Below are positions 18,173-28,746 of a stretch of DNA of 64,000 nt, one piece after another. The DNA comes from Pyrinomonadaceae bacterium (lineage in GTDB: Bacteria > Acidobacteriota > Blastocatellia > Pyrinomonadales > Pyrinomonadaceae): the NCBI GenBank assembly GCA_035273325.1, contig DATEPF010000236.1, positions 254 through 64,253 of the forward strand, in the 5' to 3' direction. The notes under the pieces were generated by a model. That model did no database searches, had not been told where the DNA came from, and saw nothing but the letters and a program-made list of their open reading frames with translations. A program made the translations under genes and the position numbers. Within the stretch, counting starts at the first letter, position 1, and the number at the start of each line of letters is the position of its first letter.

Positions 18173-19069
18173 ATGAGCACCCAAAGCAATCGCCTATCGA
18201 TAGATTCAGCCACAACAACCGCAACAGCGCAGGTAGCTGACGAATCGCGACGCCGGCCTTTCGTGATTATCGAGGCTAGCCGCGGGTGGCGCGCGATCAA
18301 TCTTCGAGAACTCTGGGTCTATCGCGAACTGCTTTACTTGCTCATTTGGCGAGACATTAAGGTGCGCTACAAGCAGACATTGCTGGGTGTTGCGTGGGTG
18401 GTCCTTCAGCCGGTCTTGACTACGCTCGTTTTCACAATCTTCCTCGGTGTTCTGCTACGCGTTCCGACCAATGGTCCGCCGTATCTGTTGTTCGTTTACA
18501 GCGGCCTGCTAATGTGGATCTTTTTCAGCTCTGCTGTTACCACCAGCAGTATCAGCCTTGTGAGCAATGCGCAATTGCTGACGAAAGTTTACTTTCCCCG
18601 GTCGTTGCTGCCTGTGGCAGCAGTCTCGGCCCGATTGTTGGATTTCGCGATCGGTTTTGTGATTCTGATTCTGCTGATGTTTTATTACGGCGTTCGCCCG
18701 ACGTCGAGCATTTTCCTCTTGCCGGTGCTGATTGCTCTGATGACCCTGCTGACGCTGGCGGTCGGCATGATTGCGTCAGCTTTAAACGTAAAGTACCGGG
18801 ACGTCGGTGTGTTGATTCCAGTGCTGCTGCATTTGTGGATGTACGCCTCTCCGGTCGTGTATCCGGCGAGTTTGGTGCCCGGCCGCTGGCGTCAACTTTA
18901 CGAACTCAATCCCATGGCTGGTCTAATCGGTGGGTTTCGAACTGCCGTTTTAGGCGGCCCGATCAATTGGTCGTCCCTGGCCGTCTCCGCTGCGGTCGTT
19001 GTTGGTCTGGTGATTATCGCGTCGATCCAATTCAGACGCATGGAAAACCAGTTTGCCGACGTCATCTGA
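18173..19069 (+). CDS. wzm: ABC-2 type polysaccharide export permease (copy 1)
   Basis: 'LRELWVYRELLYLLIWRDIKVRYKQTLLGVAWVVLQP', six predicted TM segments, and 'LNVKYRDVG'. ATG 18173 lies downstream of the predicted promoter. Confidence 0.85.
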   Translation: MSTQSNRLSIDSATTTATAQVADESRRRPFVIIEASRGWRAINLRELWVYRELLYLLIWRDIKVRYKQTLLGVAWVVLQPVLTTLVFTIFLGVLLRVPTNGPPYLLFVYSGLLMWIFFSSAVTTSSISLVSNAQLLTKVYFPRSLLPVAAVSARLLDFAIGFVILILLMFYYGVRPTSSIFLLPVLIALMTLLTLAVGMIASALNVKYRDVGVLIPVLLHLWMYASPVVYPASLVPGRWRQLYELNPMAGLIGGFRTAVLGGPINWSSLAVSAAVVVGLVIIASIQFRRMENQFADVI

Positions 19070-20343
19070 TGCGTAACCCGATGATTAAGATCGAGAGTGT
19101 CTCCAAGCAATACCGGCTTGGCACAAACCAGCTGGCCTATCAAACCTTGCGCGACCGTCTCGCCGACTTCACCAGCTTTCGACTCAATCGCCGGGGCAAC
19201 GGAAACGGAAATGGGAATGACAACACCATCTGGGCGTTACGTGACATCAACTTTGAAGTTGCCAAAGGTGAAGTGTTGGGAATTATCGGCCGCAATGGCG
19301 CCGGAAAATCTACCTTACTGAAAATTCTTTCGCGTATTACTGAACCGACTACAGGCCGGATCGAATTGTACGGCCGAGTGGGCAGCCTGCTGGAAGTAGG
19401 AACCGGTTTTCACCCGGAACTGACCGGCCGCGAAAACATCTTCCTGAACGGCGTCATCATGGGAATGAAGCGCCGCGAGTTGGCTCGAAAATTCGATGAG
19501 ATTGTGGCGTTTGCAGAGATTAGCAAATTCATCGACACGCCGGTGAAGCGTTATAGCAGCGGAATGTACGTCCGTTTGGCCTTTGCGGTGGCCGCGCATT
19601 TAGAACCTGAGATTTTGATCGTTGATGAGGTGCTGGCGGTCGGTGATGACCTGTTCCAAAAAAAGTGCCTGGGCAAAATGGCGACAATTGCGGGAGAAGG
19701 AAGGACCGTCATCTTCGTGTCACACAATATGCCCGCGGTAACCAATCTCTGTCCCCGAGCGATTCTGCTGGATCAGGGCGGCGTGGTTCGCGATGGTAAC
19801 TCAGCAGATGTCACGAGTTACTACCTGAGTTCCGGAGGGGCGAGCGACGCGGACCGTGAGTGGAACGACATCTCGACGGCGCCCGGCGATGAAATTGTCC
19901 GCCTTCGGCGAGTCTCTGTCGTGGACGAAAATGGGGACGTCTGTCCGTCGATCGACATTCGTAAGAAAGTAGGAATTCGACTCGAGTATGAAATCCTGCA
20001 CGATGGTCGCGTGCTGCTTCCCGGCTTCAGTATTACGACCGAGGCGGGCCAACTCGCGTTTTACGCCGGTGACTCGGAGCCGGATTGGCAGAATTCTCCA
20101 CGTCCGAAAGGTCGATACGTCAGTACCGGCTGGATACCGGGTAACTTCCTAAATGCAGGAACCATGATTGTCGGTGTTACAGTCAGCCAGCCTCGCCCTA
20201 CACATAAGCACGTGCATGAACAAGGGGTGTTGTCGTTTCAAGTAATTGACCGAATGGGGCCGGGTACCGCCCGCGGTAACTATCCGGGCCGCCATTTCGC
20301 AGGTGCGGTCAGACCGCTGTTGCAGTGGAAAACGGATTCCTGA
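19069..20343 (+). CDS. wzt: ABC polysaccharide export ATPase with a C-terminal (Wzt_C-like) extension (copy 1)
   Basis: TGATG overlap with wzm. Walker A 'GRNGAGKSTLL', signature 'YSSGMYVRLAF', Walker B 'ILIVDEVLAVGD'. A beta-rich extension of about 170 aa follows the NBD. Confidence 0.85.
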   Translation: MRNPMIKIESVSKQYRLGTNQLAYQTLRDRLADFTSFRLNRRGNGNGNGNDNTIWALRDINFEVAKGEVLGIIGRNGAGKSTLLKILSRITEPTTGRIELYGRVGSLLEVGTGFHPELTGRENIFLNGVIMGMKRRELARKFDEIVAFAEISKFIDTPVKRYSSGMYVRLAFAVAAHLEPEILIVDEVLAVGDDLFQKKCLGKMATIAGEGRTVIFVSHNMPAVTNLCPRAILLDQGGVVRDGNSADVTSYYLSSGGASDADREWNDISTAPGDEIVRLRRVSVVDENGDVCPSIDIRKKVGIRLEYEILHDGRVLLPGFSITTEAGQLAFYAGDSEPDWQNSPRPKGRYVSTGWIPGNFLNAGTMIVGVTVSQPRPTHKHVHEQGVLSFQVIDRMGPGTARGNYPGRHFAGAVRPLLQWKTDS

Positions 20344-20497
20344 CGCGAAAAAGAAGGGAGTACGGAACGGTGTAAGATGCCGGAGTATTTTGATGGGCGT
20401 CTTCGAACTTGAAGCTTGATCGCATCGCTCCTTGGTTCGCAATGATACTATCTCGTTTGTCGTTCTATCATTCTCAAAAATATCCGAAGGTTGGTAT

Positions 20498-21268
20498 ATG
20501 AAGGCAGTGATTCTAGCCGGAGGCTTGGGCACACGTCTGGCGGAAGAAACCGAAGTGAAGCCCAAACCCACCGTCGAGATCGGGGGCTATCCAATCCTCT
20601 GGCATATCATGAAACACTATGCTCACTATGGGATTGGAGAGTTCTTCATCGCGCTGGGTTACAGGGGAGAAGTCATTAAGCGGTACTTCCTTGACTATTA
20701 CACTTGCAACGGCAACCTGACGATCGATTTTTCAAACGGCGAAGTCATAACCAGAAAGAAAGATTGCGAGGACTGGATTGTGCACCTCGAAGATACGGGT
20801 GAGGACACTAACACAGGCGGGCGCGTCAAACGTCTGGAGCCGTATCTTAAGGACGGAACGTTCATGGTCACGTACGGCGACGGCGTCTGCAACGTCGATC
20901 TTAAAAAACTGGCTGAGTTTCACAAAGCACACGGACGGATTGCGACAATTACCGCCGTCCGGCCACCGGCCCGCTTCGGTGGTCTGATCTTTGACGGAGA
21001 CGTCGTGAAGGAATTCACCGAAAAGCCGCAAATCGGTGAGGGCTGGATCAATGGTGGGTTCCTGGTTTTTGAGCCGGCTGTTTTTGAATATTTAGCCGGC
21101 GACGACAGCAGTCTGGAAGCCGACGCGTTGGAACGATTGGCGGCCGCGGGACAACTCGCAGCTTATCGCCACGAAGATTTTTGGCAGTGCATGGATACGC
21201 TTCGCGACAAGCGATTTCTTGAATCTCTTTGGCAGCAGAAACAGGCCCCTTGGAAAGTATGGCAATAG
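20498..21268 (+). CDS. rfbF: Glucose-1-phosphate cytidylyltransferase
   Basis: '[64 protein letters not shown]' and '[14 protein letters not shown]'. Confidence 0.9.
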   Translation: MKAVILAGGLGTRLAEETEVKPKPTVEIGGYPILWHIMKHYAHYGIGEFFIALGYRGEVIKRYFLDYYTCNGNLTIDFSNGEVITRKKDCEDWIVHLEDTGEDTNTGGRVKRLEPYLKDGTFMVTYGDGVCNVDLKKLAEFHKAHGRIATITAVRPPARFGGLIFDGDVVKEFTEKPQIGEGWINGGFLVFEPAVFEYLAGDDSSLEADALERLAAAGQLAAYRHEDFWQCMDTLRDKRFLESLWQQKQAPWKVWQ

Positions 21269-22260
21269 AATTTTGGCGCGACCGGCCCACGTTTGTGACA
21301 GGCGCCACGGGTCTCGTGGGCGGCTGGCTGGTCAAGAATCTTATCGCCGCCGGGGCGGATGTTGTTTGCCTGGTGCGCGACTGGGTACCACAGTCTGAAT
21401 TCTCGCGCACGGGCCTTTCCGAAAAAGTAAAAGTCGTCCGCGGCGACGTGCAGGATCAGGCGCTGCTTGAGCGCGTGTTGGGCGAGTACGAAGTCGACAC
21501 GGTCATTCATCTCGCCGCACAGACACTCGTACCCATCGCGAATCGGAATCCGGCGTCAACCTTTGCGTCGAACATCGGGGGCACGTGGTCATTGCTGGAG
21601 GCGAGCCGTCGCAGCCCGCTGGTGAAGCAAATTGTACTGGCTTCGTCGGATAAGGCGTATGGCGATCATGACCGGTTGCCTTATACGGAAGACGCGCCGC
21701 TGCAGGGACGACACCCGTACGACGTAAGCAAGTCATGCGCGGATCTGATCGCCCAGTCATATGCCACCACCTTTGGTCTGCCGGTGGTCATCACTCGTTG
21801 TGGAAACTTCTTCGGCGGCGGCGATCTGAACTGGAATCGTCTGATTCCGGGCACCATTCGATCTATTTTGCGCGGGCAGCGGCCGGTGATTCGGTCAGAC
21901 GGCCAACACATCCGGGATTACTTCTATGTCGAAGACGGCGCGGCTGTTTACATGCTTCTGGCTGAGAAGCTCGCCGCCAATCCAGACCTGAAAGGGCAGG
22001 CGTTTAATTTTTCGAACGAGACTCAGGTAACAGTTCTTGAAATTGTCCAGAAATTACTTTCCCAGATGAATTCCGATTTGGAACCTGACATCCGTGACGA
22101 AGCGGCCAATGAAATCCGACATCAGTATCTCAGCGCAAGCAAGGCCCGCAAATACTTCAACTGGACGCCACGATTTTCTCTCGACGAAGGATTACAGGAA
22201 ACAATCAAGTGGTACAAAGCACTTTTGGAAGAGCCTCTTGATAAATCCGCCGCAAGATGA
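21259..22260 (+). CDS. rfbG: CDP-glucose 4,6-dehydratase
   Basis: '[24 protein letters not shown]' and '[13 protein letters not shown]' (YxxxK). It overlaps the rfbF stop by 10 nt. Confidence 0.75.
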   Translation: MAIEFWRDRPTFVTGATGLVGGWLVKNLIAAGADVVCLVRDWVPQSEFSRTGLSEKVKVVRGDVQDQALLERVLGEYEVDTVIHLAAQTLVPIANRNPASTFASNIGGTWSLLEASRRSPLVKQIVLASSDKAYGDHDRLPYTEDAPLQGRHPYDVSKSCADLIAQSYATTFGLPVVITRCGNFFGGGDLNWNRLIPGTIRSILRGQRPVIRSDGQHIRDYFYVEDGAAVYMLLAEKLAANPDLKGQAFNFSNETQVTVLEIVQKLLSQMNSDLEPDIRDEAANEIRHQYLSASKARKYFNWTPRFSLDEGLQETIKWYKALLEEPLDKSAAR

Positions 22261-23489
22261 ATACGCCTCAAGTCCGCTGTCGCTCGTGTGACCAGCCCAA
22301 CCTTACGCCCATCCTTTCGCTCGGTGAGACTCCGTTGGCAAATGCGCTGCTGAGTCGCGAGCAACTTAAAGACATCGAGGAAAAGTTTCCCCTTGAGCTC
22401 GTGCTATGTCTCAACTGCTCGCTGGTACAAATCACTGAGACGGTGCCGCCCGAAAAGCTCTTTCGCGAGTATTTTTATCTGTCCTCTTTTTCCGAAACTC
22501 TGCTGCGGCATTCAAAGGAAAATGTAGAGCAACTAATTCTTTGGCGGCGGCTGGGTCCGGACAGTTTGGTGATTGAGATCGCGAGTAACGATGGCTACCT
22601 GCTTCAGTACTATAAACAGGCGGGGGTCGCGGTACTGGGCATTGAACCGGCGCGGAACATTGCCGTCACCGCTGAAGAACGCGGTATCCCGACCTTGTGT
22701 GAGTTCTTCGATAACCAGTTGGCCGAGAATTTGAAAGCGCAGGGAAAAAGCGCAGACGTCCTTCACGCGAATAATGTCCTGGCGCACGTGAGCGACCTAA
22801 ACGGTTTCGTGCGCGGAGTGCGTGCTCTGCTGAAAGAATCCGGCATGGCGGTGATCGAGGTGCCTTACGTCAAGGACATGATCGATCGGCGCGAGTTCGA
22901 CACCATCTACCACGAGCACCTCTGCTATTTTTCGCTGACGGCGCTGCAACATCTCTTTCAGCGACACGGCCTCTCAATCGCCGACGTGAAGCGACTGCCG
23001 ATTCACGGTGGCACGTTGCGGATCTTCGCGGTGCACGAGAGCGCCGCCGAACGCGAATCGGGAAATGTCGCCGCAATGTTGGCTGACGAAGTTGCCTGGG
23101 CGAGCGACCGCGCCTTTTATCTCGGCTTTGGCCAGAAAGTCGAATCATTGCGCCAGGATCTTTTGAGTTTGATAAATCGACTGAAGAGTGATGACAAGCG
23201 AATTGCGGTCTATGGTGCGTCTGCTAAAGGCACGACGTTAATGAGTTATTTCGGACTGAACCGCGCGCATCTCGACTTTGTCGTCGATCGAAGCACAGTG
23301 AAGCAAGGCCGCTACACGCCGGGCACGCATCTGCCAATTCACGCGCCCGATGTGTTGCTGAAAGAGATGCCGGATTACGTTCTGCTGCTGACCTGGAATT
23401 TCGCCGACGAGATTCTCGAGCAACAGGTGGAATACCGAAAGTTGGGGGGACGTTTTATTATTCCAATCCCCGAAGTGAAAATTGTCTGA
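22257..23489 (+). CDS. Sugar-nucleotide C-methyltransferase (zinc-ribbon + SAM-MTase + C-methyltransferase C-terminal domain; TylC3/NovU-like architecture)
   Basis: '[34 protein letters not shown]', '[12 protein letters not shown]', '[20 protein letters not shown]'. Confidence 0.8.
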   Translation: MNTPQVRCRSCDQPNLTPILSLGETPLANALLSREQLKDIEEKFPLELVLCLNCSLVQITETVPPEKLFREYFYLSSFSETLLRHSKENVEQLILWRRLGPDSLVIEIASNDGYLLQYYKQAGVAVLGIEPARNIAVTAEERGIPTLCEFFDNQLAENLKAQGKSADVLHANNVLAHVSDLNGFVRGVRALLKESGMAVIEVPYVKDMIDRREFDTIYHEHLCYFSLTALQHLFQRHGLSIADVKRLPIHGGTLRIFAVHESAAERESGNVAAMLADEVAWASDRAFYLGFGQKVESLRQDLLSLINRLKSDDKRIAVYGASAKGTTLMSYFGLNRAHLDFVVDRSTVKQGRYTPGTHLPIHAPDVLLKEMPDYVLLLTWNFADEILEQQVEYRKLGGRFIIPIPEVKIV

Positions 23490-23507
23490 TGAGCCACGGC
23501 TGTCGAT

Positions 23508-24035
23508 ATGCTCTTTGTTGAAACGAAATTAGAAGGCGCCTATCTGGTTCAGTTGGAGCCGTTCGAAGATGAGCGCGGATTTTTCGCTTTGAGCTGGTCT
23601 GAGAAGGAGTTTGCCGCACGCGGGCTCGAGTCGCGCCTTGCCGAGTGCAATGTTTCCTTTAATCGGAAAAAGGGAACGCTCCGAGGCATGCATTATCAGG
23701 AGGCGCCGCATGGCCAGGTTAAGTTAGTGCGCTGCACGAGAGGCGCGATTTTTGACGTCATAATTGATCTTCGGGCATCATCACCCACCTTCAAACAATG
23801 GGTGGGCGCTGAGCTCTCGGCGGAAAACCGTCACGCGCTGTACATACCGAGGGACTTCGCTCATGGATTTCAAACGCTGACGGACGATTCAGAAATCCTC
23901 TACCAAGTGTCGGATCCTTTTGTGCCTGCGAGTGGCCGGGGCGTTCGTTGGAACGATCCGGCATTTGGGATCACCTGGCCCGATAGTGACCGCCTCATGT
24001 CCCAGAGGGATAACGAGTATCCCGATTTCCATTGA
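23508..24035 (+). CDS. RmlC-like cupin, NDP-4-keto-6-deoxyhexose 3,5- (or 3- or 5-) epimerase
   Basis: 'FEDERGFFALSW', 'NVSFNRKKGTLRGMHYQ', 'KLVRCTRGAIFDVIIDLR', 'FAHGFQTL'. Confidence 0.85.
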   Translation: MLFVETKLEGAYLVQLEPFEDERGFFALSWSEKEFAARGLESRLAECNVSFNRKKGTLRGMHYQEAPHGQVKLVRCTRGAIFDVIIDLRASSPTFKQWVGAELSAENRHALYIPRDFAHGFQTLTDDSEILYQVSDPFVPASGRGVRWNDPAFGITWPDSDRLMSQRDNEYPDFH

Positions 24036-24049
24036 GAGGCGTTTTTGCG

Positions 24050-25126
24050 ATGAGCTCAGAAATCGTTTTCGATAGCGCCGGCGTGTCAGAAGCATTGGCC
24101 GCGGCGGGCAAGGACGAAGATCTCCGGACGACGTTCTTCGAGGCTTTGCGGCGCGCGGAGGCGGCTTCCGCAGATCCCGCCGTTTTTCGAGAGCAGGTCC
24201 GATGGCCGTTGATACTTGCGTCGTTAAGCGCGGCCAGGACTCACAGAATTCAAATGGGAAACGGTTTGATTTTTGAAGTGGGTGCGGACAGCCGCATTGA
24301 GCGCGCGTTGCTGTTGAGCAGTGAAGAACATCCGGATCACGTGTGGGAGCCGCAAACCACAAAATTGCTTACGGCGCTGGCCCGCGAAACGTCGAATGTC
24401 ATCGTGGGCGGCGCCTACATAGGCGATCAGGTGCTGTTTCTTGCGCGCGCAACGGCCGAACGCAAACCGCCGGGCGTGATTCATGCTTTCGAGCCTATGA
24501 AAACTTCGTTTGATCGTCTGGTTAGCAATCTGAGCCTCAACCACATTACGAATGTTGTGTCTAAGCGCCTGGGACTCTGGGACGAGCCGGCGGTGGCGCT
24601 CGCGATCGAGGGTCACCTCGGCCTGGCTTCTTCCAAACCGGTCGCCGAAAGCGGCAGCGCTGATGAACGAATCGAATCGACCTCGATCGATGAGTATGCG
24701 CGCTCGCAGCAGCTTCCGTCCGTCGGCCTCATCATGTTGGACACGGAAGGCGGCGAAGAGAAAGCGCTGCTCGGAGCGCGCGCGACAATCGAGGAGCACA
24801 AACCGAACATTGTTGTGGAAGTGCACCGGAATTTTGTCGACTGGACAGACGGTTTGGAGCACACTTCGTTAATCCGGTTCTTAACGTCGCGCGGGTATTC
24901 GGCTTTCGCCATCCGCGATTTCCACGATAACTATCCGATGGCCGGCCGGCCAATTGAGATCGTGCCGGTGGATCGAGTGTATCTGGAAGGACCACCGCAC
25001 GGATTTAACGTACTCGCCACTGCGGATGGCGATTTGATCACCAGGCACGGGTTACGAATCGTCGAGGACGTCAGTCCGAAGTTGCTGCTTCACAAAGACC
25101 CGGCCCTCCATCATCCCAAGTTTTGA
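24050..25126 (+). CDS. FkbM-family methyltransferase with an N-terminal extension
   Basis: 'VGGAYIGDQVLFLA', 'IHAFEPMKTSFDRLVSNL', 'LIMLDTEGGEEKALLGA'. ATG 24050 is preferred; TTG 24032 is possible. Confidence 0.7.
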   Translation: MSSEIVFDSAGVSEALAAAGKDEDLRTTFFEALRRAEAASADPAVFREQVRWPLILASLSAARTHRIQMGNGLIFEVGADSRIERALLLSSEEHPDHVWEPQTTKLLTALARETSNVIVGGAYIGDQVLFLARATAERKPPGVIHAFEPMKTSFDRLVSNLSLNHITNVVSKRLGLWDEPAVALAIEGHLGLASSKPVAESGSADERIESTSIDEYARSQQLPSVGLIMLDTEGGEEKALLGARATIEEHKPNIVVEVHRNFVDWTDGLEHTSLIRFLTSRGYSAFAIRDFHDNYPMAGRPIEIVPVDRVYLEGPPHGFNVLATADGDLITRHGLRIVEDVSPKLLLHKDPALHHPKF

Positions 25127-25136
25127 GCTTCAATCA

Positions 25137-25958
25137 ATGATTACCGTTCTCGGCGCTTCTGGATTTATCGGATCTCACCTGGTCAGGCGACTGACCGAGC
25201 TGGGAATTCGCCACGACGCGCCGTCTCGGGATGAAAACCGGCCGCGCCAGAACTGCGGACATATAATTTACTGCATCGGATTAACGGCTGACTTCCGATC
25301 TCGTCCCTTTGACACCGTGCAGGCGCATGTCTGTAAACTGATGCAGGTTTTAAGAGATTGGGAGTTTGATTCGCTTCTATACCTGTCTTCGACTCGTTTA
25401 TATGGAAATGAGCTGACGACGGCCAACGAGGAAGATGGGTTTCGATTCAACCCATCGAATCCCAGCGATTTATACAATCTGTCAAAGGCGATGGGAGAAT
25501 CGATCACGCTTTCGTGCGGCCGGAAAACACGCGTGGCCAGATTGTCTAATATTTATGGTGAGGATTTGAACTCAGATAACTTTCTGCCGTCGGTTATCGG
25601 CGAAGCGCTGGCCAAACGTAAGGTAGTGCTGCGCACGACAGGTGACTCAGCGAAGGACTATCTAAGCATCAGCGTCGCGGTACAAGGCCTAATCGACATC
25701 GCGACGCGAGGCAGGGAACGTATTTATAATCTGGCCAGCGGCGTGAATGTTTCAAACGGGGAGCTGGTTCAGGAGTTGAGCAGCCTCACCGGCTGCGAGG
25801 TTGAATTCCTTCCGGACGCGAAAACAATTAACTTTCCAGTGATCGATATCAGCCGCATGCAAACGGAATTTGGTTTTCAACCGTCCGATGTGCTTAGCGA
25901 CCTGGAAGAGCTTGTAAATTTCTATCGGCAACACGGAGGCTCAGGTGATCTCAATTGA
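25137..25958 (+). CDS. NAD(P)-dependent SDR epimerase/reductase (candidate NDP-4-ketohexose reductase)
   Basis: 'MITVLGASGFIGSHLVRRL' and 'YNLSK' (YxxxK). Confidence 0.7.
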   Translation: MITVLGASGFIGSHLVRRLTELGIRHDAPSRDENRPRQNCGHIIYCIGLTADFRSRPFDTVQAHVCKLMQVLRDWEFDSLLYLSSTRLYGNELTTANEEDGFRFNPSNPSDLYNLSKAMGESITLSCGRKTRVARLSNIYGEDLNSDNFLPSVIGEALAKRKVVLRTTGDSAKDYLSISVAVQGLIDIATRGRERIYNLASGVNVSNGELVQELSSLTGCEVEFLPDAKTINFPVIDISRMQTEFGFQPSDVLSDLEELVNFYRQHGGSGDLN

Positions 25959-26709
25959 TCTCGAACAGGGCCTGGTTACGGTCGAAGAAAACGGGAGCCG
26001 TCTTCAGCACGCGATTGGCAGCGCCGAAGCGTTCGAGGTGCTGTCGAACGCGTGGCTTCGAAGCGGCTGGGACAACAAGCATGTCTATAGTTTCACCTGG
26101 TTCGGCCGGCCAATAATCCAATTGCCGGAAGACATGGTGCGGTTGCAGGAAGTTATCTACGCGCTCAAACCCGACGTAATTATTGAGACGGGCATCGCGC
26201 ACGGCGGGTCTTTAGTTTTTTATGCAAGCCTTTGCAAGGCCATGGGGCGAGGGCGCGTCGTGGGCATCGACATCGAAATCCGGCCGCACAACCGCCAGGC
26301 TATTGAAGAGCACCCGCTGTTCCCGCTGATCACATTGATCGAAGGCAGCTCGATAGATCCAGAAGTTGTAAGTCGCGTCCGGGCGCAAATACGGCCCGGC
26401 GAGACCGTGCTGGTGTTGTTGGATTCATGCCACACCAAGCAGCATGTTCTGGATGAGTTAAATGCCTACGCGCCGCTGGTGACGGCGGGCTCATATATCG
26501 TGGCGATGGATGGCATCATGGAACAGGTCTCCGGCGCGCCGCGCACGGAAGCGAATTGGACATGGAACAATCCCCGAGCGGCAGCGCTCGAGTTCGTGGC
26601 GGCCCATCCGGAATTTGTGATTGACGACCCGCAATTCAAGTTTAATGAAGGTAATATCTCAAAAGCGGTGACCTATTGGCCCAGCGGTTACATTAAACGC
26701 GTCGGTTGA
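25945..26709 (+). CDS. CmcI / cephalosporin-hydroxylase-family methyltransferase (sugar O-methyltransferase candidate)
   Basis: 'WFGRPIIQLPEDMVRLQEVIYALKPDVIIETGIAHGGSLVFYASL'. GTG start with GGAGG 5 nt upstream. Confidence 0.75.
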   Translation: MISIDLEQGLVTVEENGSRLQHAIGSAEAFEVLSNAWLRSGWDNKHVYSFTWFGRPIIQLPEDMVRLQEVIYALKPDVIIETGIAHGGSLVFYASLCKAMGRGRVVGIDIEIRPHNRQAIEEHPLFPLITLIEGSSIDPEVVSRVRAQIRPGETVLVLLDSCHTKQHVLDELNAYAPLVTAGSYIVAMDGIMEQVSGAPRTEANWTWNNPRAAALEFVAAHPEFVIDDPQFKFNEGNISKAVTYWPSGYIKRVG

Positions 26710-26721
26710 TAATCCGACAGA

Positions 26722-27678
26722 GTGCGACGAACAGTTTTGGAAGAAACACCACTAGTGAGCATAGGTTTGCCGGTCTATAACGGCGAACGATATTTGCGCC
26801 GGGCCCTTGACTGTTTGCTGGCCCAGGACTATCCCCATTTTGAGTTGCTAATTTCCGACAACGCTTCCACCGATCAGACCAGGCAGATCTGTGAAGAGTA
26901 CGGCGCCAGGGATGCGCGGATAAACTTCAAGGTCAACCAATCAAACGCCGGCATCATTGCCAATTTCCAACTCGTGCTCGATCGCGCGCGCGGCAAGTAC
27001 TTTATGTGGGCTGCGCATGACGATACGTGGGACAGGAGATTCGTGGGCGTGATGGTCCACGAGCTGGAAACTCATCCCGGCGCCGCCGTAGCCATGAGCG
27101 GCGTGGAACGCGTCCATGAAAACGGCACGCCGCACGACGTAGTGCGACACGCAGACCGCACAAATCCAAACCGTATGAACATGTTGCAGCTGGCGTTGGC
27201 GCTCGCTGAGGGCAGCCCGCATCATTTGTTCATCTATGGTTTGTTCCGCACCGAGTTCTTGCGACAGGCGTTTCACAATTTTCCGCGGGTGATCGCGGCG
27301 GACCGCTTAATGATGATTCAGGCAGCGCTGAGCGCTCGATTCCGCTATGTCGATGCGGTCCTGCACACGCGATACATCAACGAAGAGCCGATTCCGGTGC
27401 GTTACCAAAATGACGAGTTCGGCCAGGCTTGGCACGATCGACATCGGCACCTCAAGAAAGATTTGGCTCTTGGACCATATCTCTTCCGATCGCGGATGAT
27501 TCCGTGGCAACGCAAGTTTTGGATTCCGCTGATCGTTATCTGGCCGCTGTTGAAGCGGCTCTACCATGGCCGTTATCGATTTTTATGTTGGCTTGCGGGA
27601 AAGATCATGGGTCGCGGTGGCCGGCGAAAGAATATAGCTCGTTATCTCAGACGTTTAGTTCATATGGGTTCCAGATAG
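26722..27678 (+). CDS. Family 2 glycosyltransferase
   Basis: 'VSIGLPVYNGERYLRRALDCLLAQDYPHFELLISDNASTDQT' and 'AHDD'. Confidence 0.8.
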   Translation: MRRTVLEETPLVSIGLPVYNGERYLRRALDCLLAQDYPHFELLISDNASTDQTRQICEEYGARDARINFKVNQSNAGIIANFQLVLDRARGKYFMWAAHDDTWDRRFVGVMVHELETHPGAAVAMSGVERVHENGTPHDVVRHADRTNPNRMNMLQLALALAEGSPHHLFIYGLFRTEFLRQAFHNFPRVIAADRLMMIQAALSARFRYVDAVLHTRYINEEPIPVRYQNDEFGQAWHDRHRHLKKDLALGPYLFRSRMIPWQRKFWIPLIVIWPLLKRLYHGRYRFLCWLAGKIMGRGGRRKNIARYLRRLVHMGSR

Positions 27679-27687
27679 GGAGATCCG

Positions 27688-28746
27688 ATGGAGCGCGCGT
27701 TACAAATCGAATCAACGCTAATCAACGATGCCGGCGACTGCTATGTGATAGCTGAAATTGGCCACAACCATCAGGGGAATATTGAAACCGCGAAGGAGTT
27801 GTTTCGCGCGGCCAAAGAATCCGGCGCGAACGCGGTTAAATTGCAGAAGCGAGACAATCGCTTATTGTACACGCGCGAGATGTTCAATAAGCCGTACGAG
27901 AACGAGAACAGTTTCGGGGCGACGTACGGTGAGCACCGTGAGTTCCTGGAGTTCGGCAAGGAAGAGTATCAGGAGCTACAAAAGTTCGCGGCGGAACTGG
28001 GGTTAGCTTTTTTTGCGACGGCTTTTGATTTTCACAGCGCCGATTTTCTGGCTGAGTTGAACACGCCCGCATTCAAGATTGCTTCCGGAGATTTGCGAAA
28101 CATTCCGTTGCTGAAGCATGTCGCGGGCTATCAAAAACCAGTGATCGTCAGCACAGGCGGAGGTACGATTGACGACGTGCAGCGTGCCTACGACTCGTTC
28201 ATGCCCATTAATCCGCAACTGGCCATCCTGCAATGCACCGCCGGTTACCCATGTGCCTTCGAGGAAATGAATCTGCGCGTCATCTCAACGTTTCGCGAGC
28301 GCTTTCCCGATATCGTGATAGGTTTGTCATCCCATGACAGCGGTATTGCCATGGCCGTCGCCGCGTATATTTTGGGCGCGCGGATTGTGGAAAAACATTT
28401 TACCCTCAATCGCGCAATGAAGGGCACCGATCATGCCTTCTCGCTCGAGCGTGGAGGCTTGCGACGCGTGGTCCGGGATTTGAAACGCGCTCGCGTGGCC
28501 TTAGGAGACGGGGTAAAAAGAACGTACCCGAGCGAAGTCGCGCCGTTGTTGAAGATGGGAAAGAAACTCGTGGCGGCGTCAGATCTGCCCGCGAATCATG
28601 TCATCCGGCGCGAGGACGTCGCGATCAAGTCGCCAAGCGACGGCCTTCCGCCCTTCGAATTGGATCACGTCGTCGGCAAAGTGACCCGAAGGGCGTTGAA
28701 AGAAGACGAGAACATTAATTTCGAAGACGTGGACGGTAACAGTTGA
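27688..28746 (+). CDS. NeuB-family PEP-condensing ulosonic (nonulosonic) acid synthase with C-terminal SAF domain
   Basis: 'CYVIAEIGHNHQGNIETAKELFRAAKESGANAVKLQKR', 'AFKIASGDLRNIPLL', 'PVIVSTGG', 'VEKHFTLNRAMKGTDHAFSL'. RBS AGGGAG. Confidence 0.85.
   Translation: MERALQIESTLINDAGDCYVIAEIGHNHQGNIETAKELFRAAKESGANAVKLQKRDNRLLYTREMFNKPYENENSFGATYGEHREFLEFGKEEYQELQKFAAELGLAFFATAFDFHSADFLAELNTPAFKIASGDLRNIPLLKHVAGYQKPVIVSTGGGTIDDVQRAYDSFMPINPQLAILQCTAGYPCAFEEMNLRVISTFRERFPDIVIGLSSHDSGIAMAVAAYILGARIVEKHFTLNRAMKGTDHAFSLERGGLRRVVRDLKRARVALGDGVKRTYPSEVAPLLKMGKKLVAASDLPANHVIRREDVAIKSPSDGLPPFELDHVVGKVTRRALKEDENINFEDVDGNS

Noticed and set aside
18394-19068. The ORF track reports a 649-aa ORF (18394-20343), which would give Wzt-1 a 225-aa N-terminal extension.
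   Set aside because: That part is an out-of-frame read-through of the wzm-1 coding region with an Arg/Cys/Ser-rich nonsense translation. The ATPase begins at the TGATG junction (19069) with 'MRNPMIKIESVSKQY', parallel to Wzt-2.
19195-19224. (GGN-AAY)x4-5, encoding 'GNGNGNGND', in wzt-1 as a possible slipped-strand phase-variation tract.
   Set aside because: The repeat is imperfect at the nucleotide level (ggc aac gga aac gga aat ggg aat gac aac). Its 6-nt unit keeps the frame, so slippage would not switch the gene off. It is more likely a low-complexity loop. Wzt-2 has 'NGHSEQ' at the same position.
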